In this document: positions 55,981 to 64,000 of the stretch, piece after piece
How positions within the stretch are numbered: position 1 is the first letter of the stretch
Layout: each line of letters opens with the position of its first letter
Notes under the pieces: generated by a model
Database searches by the model: none
Told to the model about the DNA's origin: nothing
Seen by the model: only the letters and a program-made list of their open reading frames with translations
NCBI GenBank assembly: GCA_965277805.1
Contig: OZ255842.1
Location: forward strand, 160,001 to 224,000
DNA: 64,000 nucleotides
Direction of reading: 5' to 3'
Source: Candidatus Lustribacter sp.
GTDB lineage: Bacteria > Vulcanimicrobiota > Vulcanimicrobiia > Vulcanimicrobiales > Vulcanimicrobiaceae
Translations under genes and position numbers: made by a program

Positions 55981-56913
55981 CGATAGCGCCGGAGCGGACG
56001 GCAGCGTGCCGATCTCGACGACGCCGTCGGCGACGTTCTGCAGCGACTTCTGGTTGAGCACCAAGTCGCGGCTGATGCCGTTGTTGCCGAACGTGGCGTT
56101 GTAGGCGATCTGCGCGTCGGCCGGTTCGATCTTCAGTTTCTTCGCCATGATGGCCTGAGCTTCGGCCGGGTGCGCGTAGCCGTACGTGATCGCGTCCCGG
56201 AAGACGCGCAGAAAGGCGATCAGCTGCGGGCGATGGGCGGCGGCCCAGGTTGGGTTCACGGCGATGCCGTTGGAGATCCAATCGTGAAGGACGTCCGAAC
56301 CGCGCGCCAAGATGTGCATGCCCTGCCGCGTCGCGTAGATGTCGAACGGCTGCGTGAGCATGGCGCCTTGCGCGTTCCCGCTCACGAGCGCTACCGTGCG
56401 CAGTTGCGACGTGCCGCTGTTGAGAATGTCGAAATCTTTGAGCCAGTCGAGCTTCTGCGTCGCCGCCATCTTTCGCAGGGTGATAGCCGTGATGTCTTCC
56501 TTGTTCGTGACGAGCACGACCTTGCCGCGCAGATCGTTCCAGTTCTTGATCGCGGGCGCGACGACGAGCGAGTACGTCGGTATGGTGATCACCGGCGCGA
56601 CGTAGGTGACCGGTAATTTCTGCGCGGCGGCGGTGATGACGACGTCGGATGCGAGGATGGCGATCGGCGCGTCGCCTGTGACCAGTTCCGAGATGCAGTT
56701 CTGCGTGTTGCCGGCGGTGAGTTCGCTGATCGACAGACCGGCGCGCTCGAACATCCCGAGCTCCTCGGCGATGTACATCGGCCATTCTGGGACGCCCGGA
56801 CCCACGCTGCCGATCAGGATCTGAAACGGCGGCGGCTTCGTCTGCGCGGTGACCGGCACCGGCGTCCAGTAAAGCAATCCTAGGGCGATCGTGATCCAAG
56901 CAAGTCGACGCAT
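55933..56913 (-). CDS. NMT1/SsuA-like ABC substrate-binding protein
   Basis: GGAGG RBS; signal peptide; ELGMFERAGLSI; DLRGK; ALVSGNAQGAML. Confidence 0.83.
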   Translation of the reverse strand: MRRLAWITIALGLLYWTPVPVTAQTKPPPFQILIGSVGPGVPEWPMYIAEELGMFERAGLSISELTAGNTQNCISELVTGDAPIAILASDVVITAAAQKLPVTYVAPVITIPTYSLVVAPAIKNWNDLRGKVVLVTNKEDITAITLRKMAATQKLDWLKDFDILNSGTSQLRTVALVSGNAQGAMLTQPFDIYATRQGMHILARGSDVLHDWISNGIAVNPTWAAAHRPQLIAFLRVFRDAITYGYAHPAEAQAIMAKKLKIEPADAQIAYNATFGNNGISRDLVLNQKSLQNVADGVVEIGTLPSAPALSSVMDLSFVRDMRSAK

Positions 56914-56960
56914 CAACACCTCCGGCTAGTGCCTTATCGCCGCGCACGAGGCGGCCCCTG

Positions 56961-58589
56961 TCAGCGGCGCGTTACCGGCGGCGGCCGCAAGTACGGCAGC
57001 GGATCGGGCAGTATGCCGACCGGAACCTCGATCAGCACCGGACCGGCGGCGCGGAATCCTTCGCGCAATTGCCCGCGCAGTTCGGCGGGAGAATGCGCGC
57101 GCCGGCCTTGCATGCCGAAGCTCTCGGCGAGTTTGACGAAGTCCGGATTGACGAGCTCGGTCGCGATGAAGCGATCGCCGTACTTGTCGGTTTGCGTGCG
57201 GCGCACGTTTCCGTACGCGTTGTCGTTGAACACGACGAACACCACGCGAATGTCGTGCTGCACGGCCGTAGCGAGTTCTTGGACGGTAAAGAGAAAGCCG
57301 CCGTCGCCCGAAATCGAGACGACGGCGCGGTCCGGGAACGCGGCCTTTGCGCCGAGCGCGGTAGCGGGTCCCCAGCCGAGCGTTCCCTGATAGGCCGGCG
57401 ACAAATACGTACGCGGCTGATACGTCGGAAAGTGCAGCCGCGCGACGTGTCCGAGTTGCGTGACGTCATCCACGAAGATCCCGTCGTCCGGAAGCTCGGC
57501 GCGAATCGCATCGAGGTACTCGAACTGCGGTAGCAGGGCGGCGCGCAGTTTCTGCAGCGAACGTGCGCGTCGGCCGTTCAACTCCTCGATGCGCGAGGGG
57601 CGCACGCTGTTGTACGTTCCAAGGCGCTCGGCGAGCCGCGTCAGCGCAGCGGCGGCATCGCCGAGAATCCCGACGGCCGGTGCGGAAAAGCGTCCGATCT
57701 CCTCGGGATCGATGTCGATGCGGACGATCTTGATGCCCGCATCCGCACGCCAATCGTTCAACTGGATCTGCAAGCGCGTGCCGACCGCCAGAACGGCGTC
57801 CACGTCTTGCCAGAGTTCGTACCCGACGTCGATCGACGCGCTGAGCGGATTGCGCTCGCTGACCACACCGCGTCCCATGCGGTGGCTGATCACCGGCGCT
57901 TGCAGCATTTCCGCGATCGCGAGCACCTCAGTGCCCGCGTCGAGCGCGCCGCCGCCGACGACGATCATCGGCCGCTTCGCCGCGCCCAGGAGCTTTGCGG
58001 CACGTTCGATCGCGTCGTCGTCGATCGGAATCGGCGCCGGCGCTAACGCTGCTTGCATCGGAATCTGTCCGCGCTGCGGGAGTACATCGATCGCGCACTC
58101 GAGCGCGACCGGACGCCGGCGCCCCGACGTCATCTGAGCGAACGCTTCGTTCACTTTCGCGTAAGCTTCGAACGGTGCGCGAATCCGGCCGGCCCATTTG
58201 GTCAGCAATTGCAGCACTGCCAACTGATCGGGCAGCTCGTGCAGAATACCGAGGCCGCGGCCGATCAGCGCTTGCGGTATCTGGCCGGTGAAGGCCACCA
58301 CCGGCGCGCCGCACGCATACGCCGTGCACAGGGCGCCGGTCGAGTTGAGAATGCCGGGACCGGGAACGACCGCGTACGCGGATGGTTCGCCCGACGCGAG
58401 TGCGGCGCCCAACGCCATGTAGGCAGCGCCCTGTTCGTGGCGCGTGTGCAGAAAGCGCATGCGCCCGTGACGCGCAACCGCATCGGTGAATTCATCGAGT
58501 TGCACGCCCGGCAGGCCGAACACCGTGCGAATGCCGTGGTCGTACAGCGCGGCGACGATGCCGTCGGCGGTCGTGATCTCCGCGCTCAT
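56961..58589 (-). CDS. ThDP-dependent enzyme (acetolactate synthase large subunit-like)
   Basis: VFGLPGVQ; TRHEQGAAYMA; VPGPGILN; GDGGFLFTVQELATA; FNDNAYGNV. Confidence 0.88.
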   Translation of the reverse strand: MSAEITTADGIVAALYDHGIRTVFGLPGVQLDEFTDAVARHGRMRFLHTRHEQGAAYMALGAALASGEPSAYAVVPGPGILNSTGALCTAYACGAPVVAFTGQIPQALIGRGLGILHELPDQLAVLQLLTKWAGRIRAPFEAYAKVNEAFAQMTSGRRRPVALECAIDVLPQRGQIPMQAALAPAPIPIDDDAIERAAKLLGAAKRPMIVVGGGALDAGTEVLAIAEMLQAPVISHRMGRGVVSERNPLSASIDVGYELWQDVDAVLAVGTRLQIQLNDWRADAGIKIVRIDIDPEEIGRFSAPAVGILGDAAAALTRLAERLGTYNSVRPSRIEELNGRRARSLQKLRAALLPQFEYLDAIRAELPDDGIFVDDVTQLGHVARLHFPTYQPRTYLSPAYQGTLGWGPATALGAKAAFPDRAVVSISGDGGFLFTVQELATAVQHDIRVVFVVFNDNAYGNVRRTQTDKYGDRFIATELVNPDFVKLAESFGMQGRRAHSPAELRGQLREGFRAAGPVLIEVPVGILPDPLPYLRPPPVTRR

Positions 58590-59113
58590 ATGACGAGCGT
58601 CGCGCGCACGCGGACCGCGGGACGGTCGCCGTCCGAATCGTGGATCGAGATCACGCACTCCACTTCATAGTACTGCCGGTTCGACCTCTCGTACCGTTCC
58701 GTGACGCGCGCGGCCGAACGGACCGTCGCGCCTACCGGCACCGGCAGCAGCGACTCGATGAAGTTGTTCGCGTGCAGGCGTCCCGAGCGCGCGAAGAGCG
58801 TGTTGATGCACTGCATCGGTTCGTCGGCGAAGAATAGCGGCGGAACCTCGTCCCCGCTCGGCGGTGCCGTGCCGGCGAGCGGAGCGACGATCGAGCGCGA
58901 ATACCACGCGACCGCAGCCGGCGTGGCGACGTACTCGAGCACCGGAAACGTGAGGCCGGGCGCGACCGCGTCCCACGTGACCGGCGGACGCAGCACGCCC
59001 TTCAGTAGCGGAACGGGCCGCCCGATGACGACGAGCGTGCGCTCTTCATCGCGATGCGCGTCGATCGCGGCGAACGCAGCGTCAGATGAGCCAGCAGGCG
59101 GCTTCATGGTCAT
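58586..59113 (-). CDS. Hotdog-fold (MaoC-like) protein
   Basis: VPPLFFADE...GRLHA...PVPVGATVR...VTERYERSNRQY pattern; start uncertain. Confidence 0.55.
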   Translation of the reverse strand: MTMKPPAGSSDAAFAAIDAHRDEERTLVVIGRPVPLLKGVLRPPVTWDAVAPGLTFPVLEYVATPAAVAWYSRSIVAPLAGTAPPSGDEVPPLFFADEPMQCINTLFARSGRLHANNFIESLLPVPVGATVRSAARVTERYERSNRQYYEVECVISIHDSDGDRPAVRVRATLVI

Positions 59114-60020
59114 CAGCGATGCTCCGGAGCGGTGGTTCTTGCACGCGGCAACGTTCTTCTGCCAGCGGACAGCGCGTGTGAAAGCGGCAGCCCGACGGCG
59201 GATCGATTGCGCTCGGCGCGTCGCCGGGCAGCAGCGGCGCCGGCCGCGCACGTTCGAGGACCGGATCGAGCCGCGGCACGGAATCGAGCAGCGCCTTCGT
59301 GTACGGATGGCGCGCGTTCGCTGCAAAGCCGCGGCCGGGCGCGCTTTCCATCACCTTCCCGAGATACATCACGACGATGTGATCGGAAAGATATTCGGCG
59401 ATCGCTAGATCGTGCGTGATGAACAGCAGGCTGAGCCCCATCTCGCTTTGGATGTCTTCGAGCAGCGCGACGATCTGCGCTTGCATCGACAAATCGAGCG
59501 ACGAGAGCGGCTCGTCGGCAACGACGAACTGCGGACGCCCGACCAGCGCACGCGCGATCGCGACGCGCTGCAGCTGGCCGCCGCTCAGCTCGTGCGGGTA
59601 ACGCAGCGCGGTCGCGGCCGGTAAGCCGACGCGTTCGAGCATCTCGCCGGCGCGTGCGAGCGCGTCGGCGCGCGGAACGCCCACGGCATCGAGCGGCTCA
59701 GCGATCGAGCCGCCGACGCGCACGCGCGGGTTGAGCGCCGGACCCGGATGCTGAAAGATCATCTGCATGCGCGGCCGGATCGTGCGCAGCTTGCCGCGCG
59801 AGGCGAACGTGATGTCGGCCGCCTCGAACAAAATCGTGCCCGACGTCGGGCGCACCAAACGCAACAGCGCGCGGCCGGTCGTCGATTTCCCACTGCCGCT
59901 CTCGCCGACCAGCCCGACGATCTGCCGGTGACCGATGCGCAGCGTCACGCCGTCGACTGCGCGGACGACCGTGCTTCCCGAGAGCGGAATGTGGACGCGC
60001 AACTCGCGGGCTTCAACCAT
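59082..60020 (-). CDS. Oligopeptide ABC ATP-binding protein (DppF/OppF-like)
   Basis: VRAVDGV; GESGSGKST; YPHELSGGQLQR; DEPLSSLD; HPYTKALL; PPSGCRFHTRC. Confidence 0.93.
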   Translation of the reverse strand: MVEARELRVHIPLSGSTVVRAVDGVTLRIGHRQIVGLVGESGSGKSTTGRALLRLVRPTSGTILFEAADITFASRGKLRTIRPRMQMIFQHPGPALNPRVRVGGSIAEPLDAVGVPRADALARAGEMLERVGLPAATALRYPHELSGGQLQRVAIARALVGRPQFVVADEPLSSLDLSMQAQIVALLEDIQSEMGLSLLFITHDLAIAEYLSDHIVVMYLGKVMESAPGRGFAANARHPYTKALLDSVPRLDPVLERARPAPLLPGDAPSAIDPPSGCRFHTRCPLAEERCRVQEPPLRSIADDHEAACWLI

Positions 60021-60999
60021 CGTGCGCACCAACGAGCCAGCACGCCGCGCGGTCGCCCGCCGGCCCGTCACGCAACGGCGGCCGCTCGACGCAGCGCTCG
60101 AAGCGGCTCACGCAGCGCGGCGCGAAACTGCAGCCGGCGGGCTGCAGTAGCGGATCGGGCGGCGTGCCTGGAATCGGTTCGATCCTGGCGCGCTCGCCGG
60201 CCGCGTTCAACGCGATGCGCGGTGTGGCGGCGAGCAGCGCGCGTGTGTAGGGATGCTCCGGGGCTTCAAACATCCGCACGGCGTCCGCGTACTCGACGAC
60301 GCGTCCGGCATACATGACCGCGACGTCGTCGGCAACGGCGGCCACCACGCCGAAGTCGTGCGTCACGAGCAAGAGCGCAAGCCGGCGCTCCGTACACAGA
60401 CGCCGCAGCAGCCGCAGCACTTGCCCTTGCACGCTGACGTCGAGCGCCGTCGTCGGTTCGTCGGCGATGACGAGTGCCGGCTCGCAGGCGATCGCGATCG
60501 CGATCATTACGCGCTGTTTGAGTCCGCCGGAAAGCTGGTGTGGATACTGCTTGATGCGCGCCGCCGGGTCGTTCACCCCGACCTCGGTCAGCAGCTCGAC
60601 GGCGCGCGCGAGCGCCGCCTCGGCCGGCATGTTGCGGTGTCGCCGAAGTACCTCGGCGATCTGACGGCCGATCGTGAGCACGGGATTGAGCGCGCGCGCC
60701 GCGTCCTGAAAGACCACCCCGACGCGGCGCCCGCGCACGTCCTCGAGCAGCAGTTCCGGCTGGCCGAGGATGTCGTCGCCTTCGAGCCGCACGCGGCCCG
60801 CGCTTTGCGCGTTGCCGGGCAGTAACCCGACGAGCCCCAGTGCCATCGTCGACTTGCCCGAACCGCTCTCGCCGACGATGCAGAGCGTCTTGCCCGGCTC
60901 GATCGCGAACGAGACGCCTTGCACGGCGCGCACCAAACCACGCCGGGTGCGAAAATCGACGTGCAAGTCTTCGACGCGGAGAACCGGTTCGGCCGTCAC
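60013..60999 (-). CDS. Oligopeptide ABC ATP-binding protein (DppD/OppD-like)
   Basis: GESGSGKST; YPHQLSGGLKQR; DEPTTALDV; THDFGVV; GCSFAPRC. GTG start. Confidence 0.93.
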   Translation of the reverse strand: MTAEPVLRVEDLHVDFRTRRGLVRAVQGVSFAIEPGKTLCIVGESGSGKSTMALGLVGLLPGNAQSAGRVRLEGDDILGQPELLLEDVRGRRVGVVFQDAARALNPVLTIGRQIAEVLRRHRNMPAEAALARAVELLTEVGVNDPAARIKQYPHQLSGGLKQRVMIAIAIACEPALVIADEPTTALDVSVQGQVLRLLRRLCTERRLALLLVTHDFGVVAAVADDVAVMYAGRVVEYADAVRMFEAPEHPYTRALLAATPRIALNAAGERARIEPIPGTPPDPLLQPAGCSFAPRCVSRFERCVERPPLRDGPAGDRAACWLVGAHDG

Positions 61000-61820
61000 G
61001 GCTTGTCGGTGGTGTCTTCGAACTTCTTGTCGCGATATTCGAGGGCGGCACCGAGACCTTGCGTGTGCACCTTGTCGAAGAACGGGTTTTCGCGCCAGAG
61101 GTTCGTTTCGGCGATCTGGAACGAGTACTGCATCGCCTCGCGATAGCCGCGCACTTGGTAGCTGAAGTTCATGCTGATTTTGTTGACGATCAGCCCCGAG
61201 AGCGGGATCATCGCGATGCGCTCGGCTAGCGCCTTCGTTTCTTTTTCGAGATCGGCGCGCGGAACCACGTGGTTCACCATACCGATCCGTTCGGCTTCCA
61301 CCGCCGAAATGCGATCGCCGGTGAACATCAGCTCCTTCGCTTTCTTGATCGGCATGTGCCACGGATAGGTCAAGCGGTGCGTGTGACCGCCCCAGCGCAC
61401 GGCGGGGTAGCCGAACTGGGCGTCGTCGGCGGCCATCGTGATGTCGCAGACGTTGGCGAGATCGCTGCCCGAGGCCAAGCAATAGCCGTGCACCGACGCG
61501 ATGAAGGGCTTCGGGCAATTCCACACCCGATCGAGAAAGGCGTAGCGGCGGCTGAAGAAGCGGCGGCTGCCTTCCGCATATTTCGGACGTGCACCCTCGA
61601 CCTCGGGGCCGATATCGTACCCGCTGGAAAAGCACTTTCCGTTGCCGCGCACGACGACGACGCTTATCGAATCGTCGTGTTCGATCTCATCGACGATCTG
61701 GCAGAAGACCACGAGCATGTCGTCGCGCATGGCGTTCATCTTATCCGGACGGTTCAGCGTGATGTAGAACGTCTTGTCTTCTTGGTGCGTTTGGAGAAAT
61801 TCGTGGGTGGGGTACGCCAT
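60996..61820 (-). CDS. Crotonase (enoyl-CoA hydratase/isomerase) superfamily protein
   Basis: ITLNRPDKMNAM; FSSGYDI; PKPFIASVHGYCL; KELMFTGD. Confidence 0.9.
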   Translation of the reverse strand: MAYPTHEFLQTHQEDKTFYITLNRPDKMNAMRDDMLVVFCQIVDEIEHDDSISVVVVRGNGKCFSSGYDIGPEVEGARPKYAEGSRRFFSRRYAFLDRVWNCPKPFIASVHGYCLASGSDLANVCDITMAADDAQFGYPAVRWGGHTHRLTYPWHMPIKKAKELMFTGDRISAVEAERIGMVNHVVPRADLEKETKALAERIAMIPLSGLIVNKISMNFSYQVRGYREAMQYSFQIAETNLWRENPFFDKVHTQGLGAALEYRDKKFEDTTDKP

Positions 61821-61836
61821 GGTCGTCGTGTGCTCC

Positions 61837-62235
61837 CTATGCGGTTTGCGAGGTGGCCCGATCGCGGCGAACTGTTGCTCGGGCCGTTGCAACAACACCG
61901 TTCTGTGAAGACGCTTGCAGTTCGAAGACCCGCGGTTCGTCATCCGCCGCCGGGCCTTCGTGACCAGTGAATTCGATTGAGTCGCCGGCGCAGACGGCGC
62001 GCCGCAGTCGCACGTCGAGCGAACCGCCGGTGAGCCACTGCGGGCCGAACGCCCGCTCCATCAGGTACGCGAACGGATGCGCGGTGAGCGTGCCCCAGGA
62101 GATGATTCCCGGGAAGCCCCATTCGCGCGCGACCGCCTCGTCGGCGTGGACGTTTTCGCCGCAGCCGCCGTACGTGCGAATGAGCGCGGCGTCGAAAACG
62201 ATCGTCAGCGACTCCAGCGTCGCGTCGCTACTCAT
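61837..62235 (-). CDS. MaoC family dehydratase
   Basis: NVHADEAVAREWGFPGIISWG; LDVRLRRAVCAGD. Confidence 0.78.
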   Translation of the reverse strand: MSSDATLESLTIVFDAALIRTYGGCGENVHADEAVAREWGFPGIISWGTLTAHPFAYLMERAFGPQWLTGGSLDVRLRRAVCAGDSIEFTGHEGPAADDEPRVFELQASSQNGVVATARATVRRDRATSQTA

Positions 62236-64000
62236 TCGGCGGCCGGAGCAAGAGCAAGGCGTCGAGTGCAACCGCGCCGCCGCCATCGGTGAAGACGCCC
62301 AGCGGGTTCACTTCGATCGCTTCGAGATACGGCGCGGCTTGCGCGGCGAACTCCGAGAAACGCGCCAGCGCGTGCGCGGCGGCTTCAACGTCGAGCTTGC
62401 GCAGCGACGGCATCGCTCCGCCGCGCTTGGGTGAGAGCAATCGATCGAGCGCCGCGCGAGCACCGGCTTCGTCGACGGGCGCCATGCAAAACTGCGGCTT
62501 GCCGAGCGACTCGGCGAGCAAACCGCCGAAGCCGGCGAACACCGCGGTGCCGAAGCGGTCGTCGGGAACGCAGCCGAGGATCAGCTCTACCGGCGCCCGC
62601 ATCATCTTTTGAAGCAGCACGCCGCGCACGCGCGCGTCGGGCCGCGCTCGCCGCACGCTCTCGGCGATCGCCGCCATCGCCGCGAGCAACGCATCATCGC
62701 CGGCGATATTGAGCTTCACACCGCCGATATCGCTCTTGTGCTCGATGTCGACCGAGTCGACTTTGACGGCCAGCGGATAGCCGAGTTCGTGCGCTGCTGC
62801 GAGCGCTTCCTCGTTCGTTGCCGCGCGCCGCAGATCGACGACCGGCACCCCCGCTTCCTTAAGGAGAAGCAGGCTATCGGCTTCGGAGAGCCGGTCACCG
62901 AAGCGCGCGCGCGGATCCGCGAAGGCACCATCGGCCCGGGCGGACTTACGGCGGAGGCTGGTTTCGCGCGCCGCCGATGCGAGCATCAACCGTTCGACCG
63001 CGCCGAGCGCGCGATCGACGCCTTGCAGAATCGGCGTTCCGGTCGCGCGTGCAACGTCGATCATCTCCGGATCGATCGCGAGCGCAGCGCGCGTGAAGGC
63101 GACGTGCGGTTTGCCGCTGCGGTTCGCGGCTTCGGCAACGGCGCGAAAATCCGACGGGCGGCCGAACAGCCGCGTCATGATGAGGTTCACGCCGGGATCG
63201 GCGGCGGCGGTTTCGAGCACGGTGCCCGCGATTTCCGGTTCCGTCAACGGTCGCGTGCCGAGATCGAGCGGGTTGAAGAGCATCGTCGAATCGGGCAGCA
63301 CCGCGTGCAGCTGTTCCTGCATGCTCGCCGGCAGCGACGGCGTTTCGATGCCCACGTCGCTGGCTAGATCCAGCACCAGCGAGCAATCGCCGCCCGAGAT
63401 CGTGACGATGAGCGGGCGGACGGGATCCGGCAGCGGCTCGCGCAGTGCCGCCGCCAGCAGCGCCGTTTCGATGCAATCGTCGACGGTCGTCACGACCACG
63501 GCGCCGAGTTCGCGCAGAAACGCGTCCTGGATGTCGGTGCGCGTGGCCAACGCGCCGCTGTGCGCCGACGTTGCGCGCTGGCCGGCTTCGCTGCGGCCGA
63601 GCGGCAGCACCAGCACCGGCTTGCGCAGTTCGGCTGCGCGGATGAGCGTTTCACGCAGCAGCGGGACGTCGCGAATCTCTTCGAGCACGGCGATGACGAC
63701 GCTCGTGCGTCCGTCTTCGACCACGTAGCGCAGGAAGTCGGACGCGTTGAGGATGCCCTCGCTGCCGGTGGCGATGAGATAGCTGAAGCCGAAGCCGCGC
63801 TCGAGTGCGGCGAGGGCCAAGATGTTTGCGAAGCCGCCGCTCTGCGCGACGACGGCGATGTTGCCGGCCGGAATCGGCAGATCGTTGCCGCCGCAAAACG
63901 GCGTGAGGTGCAGGTGCGGCACGGCAAACCCGAACGCGCCCGGCCCGTTGAGGGCGATGCCGTGTTCGCGTGCGGTTCGCTGCACATCGGCGAGTAAGGC
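62228..64000 (-). CDS. ADP-forming acetate/acyl-CoA ligase family protein (partial, 5' end outside window)
   Basis: NGPGAFG; AQSGG; GRSEAGQRATSAHSGAL; ISGG; NPLD; ATP-grasp LGYPLAVKV..HKSDIGGV; EVNPL. Confidence 0.88.
   Translation of the reverse strand, partial: ALLADVQRTAREHGIALNGPGAFGFAVPHLHLTPFCGGNDLPIPAGNIAVVAQSGGFANILALAALERGFGFSYLIATGSEGILNASDFLRYVVEDGRTSVVIAVLEEIRDVPLLRETLIRAAELRKPVLVLPLGRSEAGQRATSAHSGALATRTDIQDAFLRELGAVVVTTVDDCIETALLAAALREPLPDPVRPLIVTISGGDCSLVLDLASDVGIETPSLPASMQEQLHAVLPDSTMLFNPLDLGTRPLTEPEIAGTVLETAAADPGVNLIMTRLFGRPSDFRAVAEAANRSGKPHVAFTRAALAIDPEMIDVARATGTPILQGVDRALGAVERLMLASAARETSLRRKSARADGAFADPRARFGDRLSEADSLLLLKEAGVPVVDLRRAATNEEALAAAHELGYPLAVKVDSVDIEHKSDIGGVKLNIAGDDALLAAMAAIAESVRRARPDARVRGVLLQKMMRAPVELILGCVPDDRFGTAVFAGFGGLLAESLGKPQFCMAPVDEAGARAALDRLLSPKRGGAMPSLRKLDVEAAAHALARFSEFAAQAAPYLEAIEVNPLGVFTDGGGAVALDALLLLRPPNE

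Overview
GC-rich (roughly 65% by eye) bacterial chromosome segment with about 60 CDSs and one RNA gene. I found no rRNA, tRNA, CRISPR array, integrase or transposase. The gene content suggests a Terrabacteria-type soil organism, possibly Candidatus Eremiobacterota; this is an inference, not verified. Housekeeping genes (argG, uvrC, pyrD, yvlD-like, surE, poxB, and a one-piece tmRNA at 21324-21680 with tag ANNEYALAA and an atypical GGCGGCT T-loop) are interleaved with many small catabolic or scavenging cassettes. These include a PadR-controlled carotenoid/stilbene-type oxygenase, a Rieske oxygenase/dihydrodiol dehydrogenase/cupin cluster, amidohydrolases, an LLM monooxygenase, a CoA-dependent pathway with a ThDP enzyme, and eight solute-binding proteins with no adjacent ABC permease. 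Most notable: (1) an N-methylglutamate methylamine pathway operon (mgsABC-gmaS) ending in a single monomeric sarcosine-oxidase-like flavoprotein where heterotetrameric mgdABCD is normally found; (2) a PHT1/Pho84-like MFS transporter + PstS + Tat purple acid phosphatase operon behind a Pho-box-like repeat, with no pstCAB; (3) a stand-alone A-T-TE NRPS-like enzyme with a Cys-nucleophile thioesterase next to an old yellow enzyme.
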